Positions 9,228 to 22,529 of a stretch of DNA of 64,000 bases are shown in pieces; position 1 is the first letter of the stretch; each line of letters begins with the position of its first letter. Position numbers and translations under genes: made by a program. Origin of the DNA: Tagaea sp. (GTDB taxonomy: Bacteria > Pseudomonadota > Alphaproteobacteria > CACIAM-22H2); NCBI GenBank assembly GCA_965229215.1, contig OZ245864.1, forward strand, positions 4,119,552 through 4,183,551, written 5' to 3'. The notes beneath the pieces are model-generated. The model was not told the origin of the DNA. It searched no databases and worked only from the letters and a program-made list of their open reading frames with translations.

Positions 9228-11509
9228 TTCGCGGCCTCGATCGCCATCAGCACGCGCTCGGGCGTGGCGGGCGCATCGAGATGCGCCTTGGGGGCGGCGG
9301 CACAGGCCGCGTCCTGCAACGCGAGGAATACGGCGGTCGCCAGCATCAGCGGCGGCTCGCCCACGGCTTTCGAGCGGTGGATCGATTCTTCGCGGTTGCG
9401 CCCGCCCGTCCACAGCCGCGTGCGGAACCGGCGCGGCATGTCGCGCGCGATCGGGATCTTGTAGGTGGAAGGCGCGTGCGTGCGCAGGCGCCCCGTGGCG
9501 TCGAACCAGATTTCCTCGGTCGTCAGCCAGCCCATGCCCTGGATGAAGGCGCCTTCGACCTGCCCGATATCGATGGCGGGATTGAGCGAGGCGCCCGCAT
9601 CGTGCAGCAGTTCGGCGCGGTCGATCGAATATTCGCCCGTCAGCGTGTCGATGGTCGCCTCCACGTGCGCCGCCCCGTAGGCGAAGTAGTAGTAGGGGCG
9701 GCCCTTGGCACTCGCGCGGTCGAAATGGATCTTCGGCGTGCGGTAGAAGCCGGTCGCCGAAAGCTGGATGCGCGCGTTGTAGGCCTGCTGGACCGCCTCG
9801 CGGAAGGGGAGGCGTTGGCTCGCGACGGTCACATGGCCGTCGGCGAAGCTGACTTCCGCTTCGCCGACGCCGTGATGCCCGGCGAGGAAATTCGCGATGC
9901 GTGCCTTGATCGCGCGCGCGGCCGCCTGCGCGGCCTTGCCGTTGAGATCGGAGCCGGCCGACGCGGCCGTGGCCGACGTGTTGGGCACCTTGCCGGTATT
10001 CGTCGCGGCGATGCGCACGCTTTCAAGCGGCACGGCGAATTCGTCGGCGACGATCTGGCAGACCTTGGTGTGCAGGCCCTGGCCCATCTCGGTGCCGGCA
10101 TGGTTGAGCGCGATGGAGCCGTCCGTATAGACATGGACGAGCGCGCCCGCCTGGTTGAACTGGATGGCTGTGAACGACACGCCGAACATCACGGGCGTCA
10201 GCGCCATGCCCTTCTTCAGGATCGGGCTGGCGGCGTTGAAGGCGTCGATCTCCGTGCGCCGCGCCGCGTAGCCGACATCGCCCGACAGTTCGGCGACGAT
10301 CTTGTCGGCGACGAAATCGTCGGCGCGCTGGCCGTAATGCGTTTCGTCGCGTGGCGCGGGCCCGAAGAAATTGAGCTTCCGCACGTCGAGCGGATCGCGG
10401 CCGACCGCGCGCGCCACGCGGTCGAGCACGTGTTCGGCCGCCAGCACGCCCTGCGGCCCGCCGAAGCCGCGGAACGCGGTGTTGGACTGCGTGTGCGTCT
10501 TGCAGGCATGGCCGGTCGCGCGCACATGCGGAATGTAATAGGCGTTGGTCGTGTGGAAGAGCGCGCGGTCGACGATGGAGGTCGAGAGGTCGGCCACGTG
10601 CCCTGCGCGCGCGGCGTACACGATGTCGAGCGCCAGCAGGCGGCCCTCGTCGTCGAAGCCCACGTCGTAGCGCACGAGAAAATCGTGGCGCTTGCCCGTG
10701 ATCATGAAATCGTCGTCGCGGTCGAGACGGAACTTGACTGCGCGCCCGGCCTTGCGCGCCAGCACGGCGGCGATGCAGGCGATGATCGCGGGCTGCGTTT
10801 CCTTGCCGCCGAAACCCCCGCCCATGCGCCGCACCTCGCAGACGACGGCGCTGGCGGGAAGGTCGAGTGCGCGCGCGACCATCTTCTGCACTTCGGTCGG
10901 ATGCTGGGTGGACGACCACACGGCCATCTCGCCGCCTTCCTGCGGGGCGGCCAGCGCGATGTGTCCTTCGAGATAGAAATGGTCCTGCGCGCCGTTGCGG
11001 AACTCGCCCTTCAGGCGCCGCGGCGCCTTTTCGAGTGCCGCCGGCGCGTCGCCATGCTGCATCACGTAGGATTTCGCGACGAAAGACTGTTTCTCCAGCG
11101 CGTCCTCGATGGTGAGGATGGCGGGCAGTTCCTCGTAGACGATCTTCGCGAGCTTGGCCGCCGCGCGCGCCGCCTGGATCGACGTCGCGGCGATCGCGGC
11201 AACGGGCTGGCCGATATATTCGACGATGCCCTCGGCGAGGAACGGCTCGCCCTTGAAGATCGGGCCCACGTCGTTGCGCCCCGGCACGTCGGCCGCCGAG
11301 ATCGCCGCGAAAACGCCGGGTGCCGCGCGCACGGCCGAAAGATCGACCGAGACGATGCGCGCATGCGCCTTCGAGCTCAGTACGCAGTAAGCATGCAGCG
11401 TGCCTTCGGGCACCGGCAGGTCGTCGATATAGAGCGCCTCGCCCGACACGTGCTTGGCGGCGCTGTCGTGCGCGACCGGCTTGCCGACGGCCTCGAACGT
11501 CTCAGCCAT
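9224..11509 (-). CDS. xdhB: Xanthine dehydrogenase molybdopterin-binding subunit
   Basis: HDSAAKHVSGEA, RRMGGGFGGKE, TAFRGFGGPQG, TAASAGSDLNG and SKAVGEPP motifs. Confidence 0.96.
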   Translation of the reverse strand: MAETFEAVGKPVAHDSAAKHVSGEALYIDDLPVPEGTLHAYCVLSSKAHARIVSVDLSAVRAAPGVFAAISAADVPGRNDVGPIFKGEPFLAEGIVEYIGQPVAAIAATSIQAARAAAKLAKIVYEELPAILTIEDALEKQSFVAKSYVMQHGDAPAALEKAPRRLKGEFRNGAQDHFYLEGHIALAAPQEGGEMAVWSSTQHPTEVQKMVARALDLPASAVVCEVRRMGGGFGGKETQPAIIACIAAVLARKAGRAVKFRLDRDDDFMITGKRHDFLVRYDVGFDDEGRLLALDIVYAARAGHVADLSTSIVDRALFHTTNAYYIPHVRATGHACKTHTQSNTAFRGFGGPQGVLAAEHVLDRVARAVGRDPLDVRKLNFFGPAPRDETHYGQRADDFVADKIVAELSGDVGYAARRTEIDAFNAASPILKKGMALTPVMFGVSFTAIQFNQAGALVHVYTDGSIALNHAGTEMGQGLHTKVCQIVADEFAVPLESVRIAATNTGKVPNTSATAASAGSDLNGKAAQAAARAIKARIANFLAGHHGVGEAEVSFADGHVTVASQRLPFREAVQQAYNARIQLSATGFYRTPKIHFDRASAKGRPYYYFAYGAAHVEATIDTLTGEYSIDRAELLHDAGASLNPAIDIGQVEGAFIQGMGWLTTEEIWFDATGRLRTHAPSTYKIPIARDMPRRFRTRLWTGGRNREESIHRSKAVGEPPLMLATAVFLALQDAACAAAPKAHLDAPATPERVLMAIEAAK

Positions 11510-12953
11510 AGCGCACCGCCCGCGTGGCCGTCTTGCTGCCGGTGCTCTCGTGCCAGAAGCGGACCAGCAGGTTGCCTGCGACCTTCATCCGATAGGCGGC
11601 CGACGCGCGCATGTCGCTCAGCGGCGCGAAATCGCGCGCCAGCGCGGCGGCGGCCGTTTCCGCGGCCGCGAGCGTCCACTGGCGGCCGACGAGTTCGGCC
11701 TCGCAGGCGGCGGCGCGCTTGGGTATCGCGGCCATGCCGCCGAACGCCGCGCGGAAGCTCGCGATCTTCCCGTCCTCGACCGTCATCGCGAACACGGCGC
11801 ATACGGCCGAGATGTCGTCGTCGAGTCGCTTGGAAACCTTGTAGGCCGCAAGCTTCATCCCCGGCGCGGGGAGCGGGATGCGGACCCTGGCAACGATCTC
11901 GCCGGGCGCGAGCGCCGTCTTGCGATAGTCGAGGAAGAAATCGGCGAGCTTCATGCGCCGCATGCCGGCCGGCCCGGAAAGCTCGACATCGGCATCGAGG
12001 GCGATGAACACTGGCGGCGAATCGCCGATGGGCGAGGCGTTGGCGACGTTGCCGCCGACGGTCCCGGCATTGCGCACCGGCGGGCCTGCGAAGCGCGCGA
12101 ACAGTTCGTCGAGGGCGGGCCATGTCGAAACGAGCGGGCCGAATGCCTCGCTCCACGTGACGGCCGCCCCCAGTTCCAGATGCGTGGCGGTCCTGACGAT
12201 GCCGCGCAGTTCTGCCACGCGGCCCAGATAGACGACCTTGCCGAGCGCGCGGTGCGCCTTGGTCACTTCGAGGCCAAGATCGGTGCCGCCCGACAGGAAC
12301 CGCGCATCGGGATGCGCCGCCAGCGTCGCGTGGAGTTCTTCAAGATTGCGGGGCGCGAAGAAGCGGTCTTCGTAGGCGAGGCCCTTGGTCCGTGCGAGTA
12401 CCGCGAGTGCGGCAGCGATTCTGGCAACCTTCGCATCGAATGCGTCAGGGCGCTTGGTGTCGAACATCTTCGCGGCCGCATCAAGGATCGGCCGGTAGCC
12501 CGTACAGCGGCAGAGATTGCCGCCGAGCGCGCGGTCCAGAGTCTCGCGCGACGGCGGCAGCGGGCCGTCGTAGGTGCGGTAGAGCTGGAACAGGCTCATC
12601 ACGAAGCCGGGCGTGCAGAAGCCGCATTGCGAGGCGTGGGTCTCGACCAGCGCCTGCTGCACGGCATGCGGCACGCCGTCGCTCTTCATGTCCTCGACGG
12701 TGAGCAGCTGCGTGCCGTCGAGCGTGCCGACGAACTGGATGCAGGAATTGACCGAGCGGTAGGAAAGCCCGCCGGTCGCGTCGGGTTCGGCGAGCACGAC
12801 CGTGCAGGCCCCGCAATCGCCCTCCGCGCAGCCTTCTTTGGTGCCGGTGCGCCCACAGGCGCCGCGCAGCCAGTCGAGGACGGTCGTCGTCGGATCGATT
12901 CCGTCGATCTCGACCGGCCTGTCGCCCAGAAGTAGTCGGATCTTGTCGGTCAA
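11502..12953 (-). CDS. xdhA: Xanthine dehydrogenase Fe-S/FAD subunit
   Basis: [35 protein letters not shown] and YKVSKR motifs; TTG start inferred. Confidence 0.95.
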   Translation of the reverse strand: MTDKIRLLLGDRPVEIDGIDPTTTVLDWLRGACGRTGTKEGCAEGDCGACTVVLAEPDATGGLSYRSVNSCIQFVGTLDGTQLLTVEDMKSDGVPHAVQQALVETHASQCGFCTPGFVMSLFQLYRTYDGPLPPSRETLDRALGGNLCRCTGYRPILDAAAKMFDTKRPDAFDAKVARIAAALAVLARTKGLAYEDRFFAPRNLEELHATLAAHPDARFLSGGTDLGLEVTKAHRALGKVVYLGRVAELRGIVRTATHLELGAAVTWSEAFGPLVSTWPALDELFARFAGPPVRNAGTVGGNVANASPIGDSPPVFIALDADVELSGPAGMRRMKLADFFLDYRKTALAPGEIVARVRIPLPAPGMKLAAYKVSKRLDDDISAVCAVFAMTVEDGKIASFRAAFGGMAAIPKRAAACEAELVGRQWTLAAAETAAAALARDFAPLSDMRASAAYRMKVAGNLLVRFWHESTGSKTATRAVRYG

Positions 12954-13002
12954 CTCGGACGCCCCGCTGTCGGATCGCGTTATTTGTGCAAGAATCCCAC
13001 CG

Positions 13003-14129
13003 ATGACACGCCCGATGCAAGCCCCGGACCCGAAAGAAGCGATCCGCGCCCACGCGCTGGGCCTCGGCTTCGATGCCGTGGGCTTCGCGGCGGCCGAGGC
13101 GTCGGTGCAGGCGAAGGCGGGGCTGCAGGCGTTCCTCGACGCCGGCATGCAGGGTGATATGGGCTGGATGGCGGCCAATGCCGACCGGCGCGCCGACCCG
13201 AAAACGCTGTGGCCCGACGCGCGCAGCGTGATCGTCCTCGCCCTCAACTACGGCCCCGACCACGATCCGCGTGAAAATCTGGCGCAGGCCGACACGGGCA
13301 ATCTCTCGGTCTATGCGCGCAATCGCGACTATCACGACACGATCAAGAAGCGGCTGAAGGAACTGGGGCGCTGGATGTGCGGGACGCTCGGTGGCGACTG
13401 CAAGGTCTTCGTCGATACGGCACCGGTGATGGAAAAGCCGCTCGCCCAGAGTGCCGGCCTCGGCTGGCAGGGCAAGCACACGAACCTCGTGTCGCGCGCG
13501 CATGGCTCGTGGCTGTTCCTGGGCTCGGTTTTCACCACGCTCGATCTCGCCCCCGATGCGGCGGAGACCGATCATTGCGGCGGCTGCCGGGCGTGTCTCG
13601 ATGCTTGCCCGACGGCGGCGTTCCCGTCGCCCTACCGGCTCGATGCGCGGCGCTGCATCTCGTATCTCACGATCGAGCACAAGGGCCACATCCCGGCCGA
13701 GTTTCGCGCCGCGATGGGCAACCGCATCTATGGCTGCGACGATTGCCTCGCCGCGTGTCCGTGGAACAAGTTCGCGCGCGCCGCCAGCGAGGCCGATTTC
13801 GTGGCACGCGCAGACCTGACGGCACCCAGGCTTGCCGAACTGGTCCGGCTCGACGATGCGGGCTTCCGGGCGAAATTCGCCGGCTCGCCGGTCAAGCGCA
13901 TCGGACGCGACCGCTTCGTGCGCAACGTGCTGGTCGCGGTCGGCAATGCGGGCGATGCGGCGCTGGCGGACGACGTACGGACTTTGACGGACGATCCGTC
14001 GCCGCTGGTGCGCGCGATGGCGGTCTGGGCGCTGAAGCGCCTGCTTGCCAAGGACGAATTCGCGGCCCTTGCGCAAAGCCGCACACCCTGCGAAACCGAC
14101 GCCGCCGTCGCCGCCGAGTGGAGTGGGAT

Positions 14130-14133
<4 letters not shown>
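13003..14133 (+). CDS. queG: Epoxyqueuosine reductase
   Basis: [44 protein letters not shown] and [12 protein letters not shown] motifs. Confidence 0.95.
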
Positions 14134-16741
<2,608 letters not shown>

Positions 16742-16745
<4 letters not shown>

Positions 16746-17815
16746 GGCCGCCGCGGTACCATCGGTCCCGGCGGATTGAGATCGATCACCTCGACCGCGA
16801 AGCGCAGCGTCTGGCCGTCGCGCTTCACTTCCAGCGTCGCGCGGTTGCCCACGCCCGCGCGTCCGAACGCGTCGGCAAGATCGGGCACGTTGCGCACGCG
16901 CATGCCGTCGATCGACGAGATGACGTCGCCCACGCGCTTGGTTTCCGGATCGATCGCCTTGAGGCCGGCGCGCTCGGCCGGCGTGTTGGGCGCGATCTGC
17001 ACGACGACGGCGCCGTCGGCCCCCAGCTTCTCGGCCTCGTCCTCCGACGCGATGATCACGCCGATGCCCGGGCGCGGGACGCGGCCGTCCTTGATGAGCG
17101 CCGGCACGATGCGGTTCACGGTGTCGACCGGAACCGAGAAGCCGACGCCTGCCGAAGTCCCGCTGCGCGACAGGATCGCGGTGTTGACGCCGATCAGCCG
17201 ACCGCGCGCGTCGAGCAGCGGCCCGCCCGAATTGCCGGGGTTGATCGCGGCGTCGGTCTGGATCACGCCGGCGACCTCGCGGCCGGCCACCGTCGGCAGC
17301 TTGCGGCCCAGCGCCGAAATGATCCCCTGCGACAGCGACCGATCGAGTCCGAACGGATTGCCGATGGCGAAGACGAGCTGGCCCACGCGCAGCCCGTCGG
17401 ACGCGCCGCGCGCGATGGGTTGCAGGGGCGCGTCGGCGCGGTCGAGGCGGATCACCGCGAGGTCCACTTCCGGCGCCATGCCGACGACGCTGGCGGGCAG
17501 GCGGCGCGTGCCGTCGAACGTGACCGACAGGATGCGTCCCTCGGCCAGGCCCTCCAGCACATGCGCGTTGGTGACGATGTGGCCGGCCGTGTCCCATACG
17601 ATGCCGGATCCCGCCCCGTCGCCCGCGCGCAGACGCTCGCTGGTGCGCGCCCCGCCGGTGTCGCGCCGCAGCGAGATCGCCACGACCGAGGGAGCCGCCC
17701 GCTCGAACAGCCCGACGATCTCGCGTTCCAGCGCTTCGAGCTGCTGGGCGCGCGCCGGGGCGTGGCCGGCGAGGGCGAAGGCGAGAACCGTCAGGGCAGG
17801 CAGAAACCGTCTCAT
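16742..17815 (-). CDS. HtrA/Deg-family periplasmic serine protease with one PDZ domain
   Basis: Signal peptide; GSG..TNAHV, DLAV and [15 protein letters not shown] catalytic triad; C-terminal PDZ. Confidence 0.9.
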
Positions 17816-17912
17816 CGGCCAAAGGATAAGGCATCGGGCCGGGTGCTGCCAGACGGGCCCGCTTTGACAGCTGCCGGGCGGATATGGACAGATAGGAGCA
17901 AGCCCAGTATCG

Positions 17913-17928
17913 TTGACCGTACGGTCAA
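17913..17928. promoter_or_regulatory. Perfect 16-bp palindrome, putative repressor operator
   Basis: TTGACCGTACGGTCAA, 29 bp upstream of the binding-protein start codon. Confidence 0.7.
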
Positions 17929-17957
17929 TGAAATAAATATCAAGGGAGGCGGAGATC

Positions 17958-19127
17958 ATGGCGTTGTTCACGCGACGCGCGGCGCTCGGCGCTGCGGCAG
18001 CAACCGTTCTCGTGGCGGCATTCGCGTCGGGAGCTTCGGCACAGCAGCAGCCGATCCGGGTCGGCGCGGTGCTCGCGGTCACGGGGGGCGCCTCGTTCCT
18101 CGGCGATCCGGCCGCGAAGACGCTTCGCCTGTATGTCGACCAGATGAACAAGGCCGGCGGGCTGCTCGGCCGCCAGCTCGAACTCAAGCTCTATGACAGC
18201 GCGGGCGACCCGCGCCAGGCCGTGACCTTCACGCGCCGCCTCATCGAGGACGACAAGGTCGACTTCATCCTCGGCGCTTCGACGACGGGCGAGACGATGG
18301 CGATGATCGAACTCGTCGAGGAAGCCAAGATCCCGCTCGTCAGCCTTGCGGGCGCCACGCCGATCGTCGAGCCGGTCAAGAGCTGGGTGTTCAAGACCCC
18401 GCATTCCGACCGCATGGCGGTCGAGAAGATGTACGACGACATGCGCCGCGACAACATGACCAAGGCCGCGATCCTCGCAGGCTCGGGCGGGTTCGACCAG
18501 TCGTGCCGCGCCGAGGCGAAGGCGCTCGCACCGCGCTACAACATCCAGATCGTCGCGGACGAGACCTATGCCGCGACAGACACCGACATGACGCCGCAGC
18601 TCACCCGCATCCGCAACACCGCAGGCGTACAGGCGATCATCGGCTGCGGCTTCGGTTCGCCCACGGTGATCACCGCGCGCAACTATCGCCAGCTCGGCAT
18701 GCAGAACGTGCGCTTCTATTTCAACCACGGCGTCGCTTCGCAGCAGTTCATCGACCAGAGCCAGGGTGCGGCGGAAGGCATGCGCATGCCGGTCGCGGCC
18801 CTGCTGGTGGCCGCCCAGCTGCCCGATAGCGATCCGCAGAAGAAGGTGACGACGGCGTACACGGCCGCCTACAAGGCCGCGTACAACAACGAGGCCGTCT
18901 CCGGGTTCGGCGGCCACGCCTACGACGCCTTCATGCTGGCGGTCGAGGCGATCAAGCGCGCGGGCTCGGTCGACAAGGCCAAGGTGCGGGCCGAGATCGA
19001 GAAGACGGCGAACTTCATCGGCGCCGACGGCATCTTCAACATGAAGCCGACGGACCACATGGGGCTCGATATCCGTTCGTTCAAGATGGTCGAGGTTCGC
19101 AACGGAACCTGGCATCTGCTCTACTAG
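17958..19127 (+). CDS. HAAT/Liv-family ABC substrate-binding protein (aromatic-acid-binding-like)
   Basis: Signal peptide, IRVGAVLAVTGGASFLG, GGLLGRQLE, YDAF motifs; GGAGG RBS. Confidence 0.9.
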   Translation: MALFTRRAALGAAAATVLVAAFASGASAQQQPIRVGAVLAVTGGASFLGDPAAKTLRLYVDQMNKAGGLLGRQLELKLYDSAGDPRQAVTFTRRLIEDDKVDFILGASTTGETMAMIELVEEAKIPLVSLAGATPIVEPVKSWVFKTPHSDRMAVEKMYDDMRRDNMTKAAILAGSGGFDQSCRAEAKALAPRYNIQIVADETYAATDTDMTPQLTRIRNTAGVQAIIGCGFGSPTVITARNYRQLGMQNVRFYFNHGVASQQFIDQSQGAAEGMRMPVAALLVAAQLPDSDPQKKVTTAYTAAYKAAYNNEAVSGFGGHAYDAFMLAVEAIKRAGSVDKAKVRAEIEKTANFIGADGIFNMKPTDHMGLDIRSFKMVEVRNGTWHLLY

Positions 19128-19143
19128 GGGCCGACCTAGCCGG

Positions 19144-19176
19144 GCCGCCCGCCCCGAGATTCGCGGGGCGGGCGGC
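19144..19176 (+). terminator. Intercistronic GC-rich stem-loop (mRNA stabiliser or partial terminator)
   Basis: 13-bp perfect stem GCCGCCCGCCCCG / CGGGGCGGGCGGC with a 7-nt loop and no U-tract, between binding protein and permease genes. Confidence 0.6.
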
Positions 19177-19196
19177 GCCATTTCCGGGGTGCGCGT

Positions 19197-20072
19197 TTGG
19201 ACGAATTCCTGCAGTTCCTGTTTTCCGGACTGACGCGCGGCTCGATCTACGCGATGGTCGGGATCGGCTTCGCGATCATCTACAATGCCAGTCACGTCAT
19301 CAATTTCGCGCAAGGCGAGTTCGTGATGATCGGCGGCATGGCGGCCGTCTACATCACGACGAAGCTCGGCCTGCCGCTCCTCGCGGCGATTCCGCTCGCG
19401 CTCGTGTTCGCGGCCCTCGTCGGCATGGCGCTGGAGAAATTCGCGGTCGAGCCGGCGCGCGGCGCTTCGGTCGTCACGATCATCATCATCACGATCGGCG
19501 CATCGATCTTCATCCGCGGCGGGGTCGAGGTCGCGATCGGCAAGCGCGACCATTCGCTGCCAGCCTTCTCGGGCGAGACGCCTATCGCGATCGGCGGGGC
19601 GACGCTGCAGCCGCAGAGCCTGTGGGTGATGGGCTCGCTCGTCGCCGTGGTGCTGTTCCTCAAATGGTTCTTCGATTCCACGCGCCTCGGCAAGGCGATG
19701 CTCGCCACGTCACACAACCGGCTTGCGGCCCAGCTCGTCGGCATCGAGGTGCGCCACATCCTGCTGGCGAGCTTCGCGCTCTCGGCCGCACTGGGTGCGC
19801 TTGCCGGCATTCTCACCGCGCCGATCACGCTGACGCGCTACGACATCGGCGTGATGCTGGGTCTTAAGGGCTTCTGCGCCGCGATCCTCGGGGGGCTGGG
19901 GAGCCCGTACGGAGCAATCGCGGGCGGGCTCGCGCTCGGCCTCGCCGAGGCGATGACCGGCGGCTACATCAGTTCCGGCTATCAGGATGCCGTCGCCTTT
20001 GCGGTCATCCTCGCCGTGCTGTTCGTGCGCCCGCAGGGCCTGTTCGGCCGCGCCGGAACGGAGCGGGTCTGA
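19197..20072 (+). CDS. Branched-chain amino acid-type ABC permease (LivH-like)
   Basis: INFAQGEF, TRLGKAMLA and LKGFCAAILGGLGS motifs; TTG start. Confidence 0.92.
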   Translation: MDEFLQFLFSGLTRGSIYAMVGIGFAIIYNASHVINFAQGEFVMIGGMAAVYITTKLGLPLLAAIPLALVFAALVGMALEKFAVEPARGASVVTIIIITIGASIFIRGGVEVAIGKRDHSLPAFSGETPIAIGGATLQPQSLWVMGSLVAVVLFLKWFFDSTRLGKAMLATSHNRLAAQLVGIEVRHILLASFALSAALGALAGILTAPITLTRYDIGVMLGLKGFCAAILGGLGSPYGAIAGGLALGLAEAMTGGYISSGYQDAVAFAVILAVLFVRPQGLFGRAGTERV

Positions 20073-20074
20073 CG

Positions 20075-21019
20075 ATGCCCGATTTCGTGCGACGCAACGC
20101 CGGGCTGATCGCGCTGACCCTGATCGTCGCGTTGCTGCCGCTCCTCCTGCCCAACCGCTTCTATTTCGACGTCGCGACGAAAGTGTGGCTCAACGCCATC
20201 GTGTGCGTGGGCCTCAACCTGCTCGTCGGCTATGCGGGGCAGATCAGTCTCGGCCACGCGGGATTCTTCGCACTTGGCGCCTATGCCTCGGCGATACTCA
20301 CGCGCCGGTTCGAGCTCAACGGCCTCGTCGCGATGGTGCTGGGGGCGGCGGGCACGGCGCTGCTCGCTTTCGCGGTGTCGCGCCCGATCCTGCGCCTCAA
20401 GGGCCACTATCTCGCGATGGCCACGCTCGGCTTCGGCATCATCGTGTTCATCGTCATCAACCGCGAGATATGGCTGACCGGCGGCCCCGACGGCGTGCGC
20501 GTGCCCGCGCTTGCGTTCGGCGACTGGCGCCTCACGCGCATCGAGGACTGGTACTGGGCCACGGGTGGCGTCCTGCTCGTCGCGGTCTTCCTGTCGCGCA
20601 ACCTGATCGATTCGGGCGTGGGGCGCGCGTTGCGTGCGCTCAACGGCTCGGAAGTGGCCGCCGCGACGGCCGGCATCGACACCGCGCGCATGAAGGCGAT
20701 GGTGTTCGTCGTCTCGGCCGTGTTCGCCTCGCTCGCGGGCTCGCTCTTCGCGCATGTCGAGCGCTTCATCACGCCGGCCGAGGCGGGGTTCCTGCGTTCG
20801 ATCGAGTTCGTCACGATGGTGGTGCTGGGCGGCATGGCGTCGACCTTCGGTGCCGTCGTGGGGGCCGCACTGCTGACCGTGCTTCCGCAGGCGGTCGCGG
20901 ACTTCCAGGATTACAAGCATCTCGTCTTTGGCGCGGTGCTGATCGCGACGATGGTCTTCCTGCCGCGGGGCCTCGTGCCCAGCCTCGGCGATCTGCTGCG
21001 CCGGCGGGGGGCGAAATGA
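20075..21019 (+). CDS. Branched-chain amino acid-type ABC permease (LivM-like)
   Basis: NLLVGYAGQISLGH, LRLKGHYLAMATLGF and MVVLGG motifs. Confidence 0.92.
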   Translation: MPDFVRRNAGLIALTLIVALLPLLLPNRFYFDVATKVWLNAIVCVGLNLLVGYAGQISLGHAGFFALGAYASAILTRRFELNGLVAMVLGAAGTALLAFAVSRPILRLKGHYLAMATLGFGIIVFIVINREIWLTGGPDGVRVPALAFGDWRLTRIEDWYWATGGVLLVAVFLSRNLIDSGVGRALRALNGSEVAAATAGIDTARMKAMVFVVSAVFASLAGSLFAHVERFITPAEAGFLRSIEFVTMVVLGGMASTFGAVVGAALLTVLPQAVADFQDYKHLVFGAVLIATMVFLPRGLVPSLGDLLRRRGAK

Positions 21020-21795
21020 GCCTGCTGCGCGTGGAGAACCTGTCGCGGAGCTTCGGCGGCGTGAAGGCCGTCGCGGACGTGTCGTTCGCCGTCGAGCCGG
21101 GCGCGATCCATTCGCTGATCGGGCCGAACGGGGCAGGGAAGACGACGCTGTTCAACCTCGTCACCGGCGTCTACGTGCCCGACGCGGGCCGCATCCTCGT
21201 CGCGGACCAGGACGTGACCGCGCTGCCCACCGCCGCACGCGCGGCGCTTGGCGTGCAGCGCACGTTCCAGAACCTGCAGATCTTCTTCAACATGACGGCG
21301 GTCGAGAACGTGATGGTCGGCCAGCATCTCCATGTCGATACGGGGCTGATCGGCTCGCTGCTCGGTCTGCCGCGCGTCCGAGGCCAGACGGCGATGGCCC
21401 GCCGGCGAGCGGAAGAGCTTCTCGACCATGTCGGCCTCGCCGAGTGGCACAAGGCCGACGCCGACGCGATGCCCTACGGCGCCCTGAAGCGGCTCGAGAT
21501 CGCGCGCGCGCTTGCGGCCGAGCCGCGCCTGCTGCTGCTGGACGAGCCCGCCGCCGGGCTCAATCCCAGGGAAACGCAGGAGATCGAGCATCTCATCCGG
21601 CGGGTCGCCGCTTCCGGCGTGACGGTCGTGCTGGTCGAGCACGACATGAAGCTCGTCATGAACGTGTCGGACCACATCCTCGTGCTCGACTACGGCCGCA
21701 AGCTTGCCGAAGGAACGGCCGCAGAGGTGCGACGCAATCCCGACGTCATCAAGGCGTATCTCGGCGAAGCGGCGGCCGGAGGGCGCGGCGTATGA
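21016..21795 (+). CDS. ABC ATP-binding protein (LivG-like)
   Basis: GPNGAGKTT, RTFQN, LLLLDEPAAG, VEHDM and VIKAYLG motifs. Confidence 0.93.
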   Translation: MSLLRVENLSRSFGGVKAVADVSFAVEPGAIHSLIGPNGAGKTTLFNLVTGVYVPDAGRILVADQDVTALPTAARAALGVQRTFQNLQIFFNMTAVENVMVGQHLHVDTGLIGSLLGLPRVRGQTAMARRRAEELLDHVGLAEWHKADADAMPYGALKRLEIARALAAEPRLLLLDEPAAGLNPRETQEIEHLIRRVAASGVTVVLVEHDMKLVMNVSDHILVLDYGRKLAEGTAAEVRRNPDVIKAYLGEAAAGGRGV

Positions 21796-22517
21796 AATCC
21801 GGCCCGCCCGACATGCTGCTGGAAGTCTCCGGCCTCGTCTCCCACTACGGACGCATCGAGGCGCTGAAAGGGATCGATCTTGCCGTCGCCGAGGGCGAGC
21901 TTCTGGCGCTCGTCGGCGGCAACGGGGCGGGCAAGACGACGCTGCTGCGCGCGATCTCCGGCGTCCGGCCCGCAAGCGCGGGGCGCATCCGTTTCGCCGG
22001 GACGGACATCTCCGTCCTGCCGGCGGCCGCGCGCGTGCGCCTCGGCATCTCGCAGGTGCCGGAGGGCCGCCAGGTCTTCGGGCCGATGAGCGTGGAGGAC
22101 AATCTCGTGCTTGGCGGCCATACGCGCAGCCGTACGGAGCTGGACGAGGGGATCGCGCGCGCCTACGCGATGTTCCCGATCCTGGCCGAGCGCCGCCGGC
22201 AGGCGGCCGGCACGCTGTCGGGCGGCCAGCAGCAGATGCTGGCGATCGCGCGGGCGCTGATGGCGCGCCCGCGCCTGCTGCTGCTCGACGAGCCGTCGAT
22301 GGGCCTCGCCCCGCTGCTGGTGCAGGAGATTTTCGCGACCGTGAAGCGGCTGAAGGGCGAGGGGGTGACGATCTTCCTCGTCGAGCAGAACGCGGCCGCC
22401 GCGCTCGCCATCGCCGATCGCGGCTATGTGATCGAGACCGGCCGCATTACCATGCAGGACAGCGGCCCCGCTCTGCTTGCCGACGAGCGCGTCAAGGCCG
22501 CGTATCTGGGAATCTGA
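21792..22517 (+). CDS. ABC ATP-binding protein (LivF-like)
   Basis: GGNGAGKTT, VPEGR, LSGGQQQM, LDEPSMGLAP and VEQN motifs; alternative start 21813. Confidence 0.93.
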   Translation: MKSGPPDMLLEVSGLVSHYGRIEALKGIDLAVAEGELLALVGGNGAGKTTLLRAISGVRPASAGRIRFAGTDISVLPAAARVRLGISQVPEGRQVFGPMSVEDNLVLGGHTRSRTELDEGIARAYAMFPILAERRRQAAGTLSGGQQQMLAIARALMARPRLLLLDEPSMGLAPLLVQEIFATVKRLKGEGVTIFLVEQNAAAALAIADRGYVIETGRITMQDSGPALLADERVKAAYLGI

Positions 22518-22529
22518 GGAGCGCAATCC

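Noticed and set aside
9281-12007. Long antisense or alternate-frame ORFs (also 2522-4561, 36003-38807, 48677-51199, 25652-27631)
   Set aside because: Arg/Ala/Gly-rich, motif-free shadows of well-supported genes, expected in high-GC DNA
12954-13002. preQ1 riboswitch ahead of the que operon
   Set aside because: The 49-bp spacer has no preQ1 stem-loop or A-rich tail
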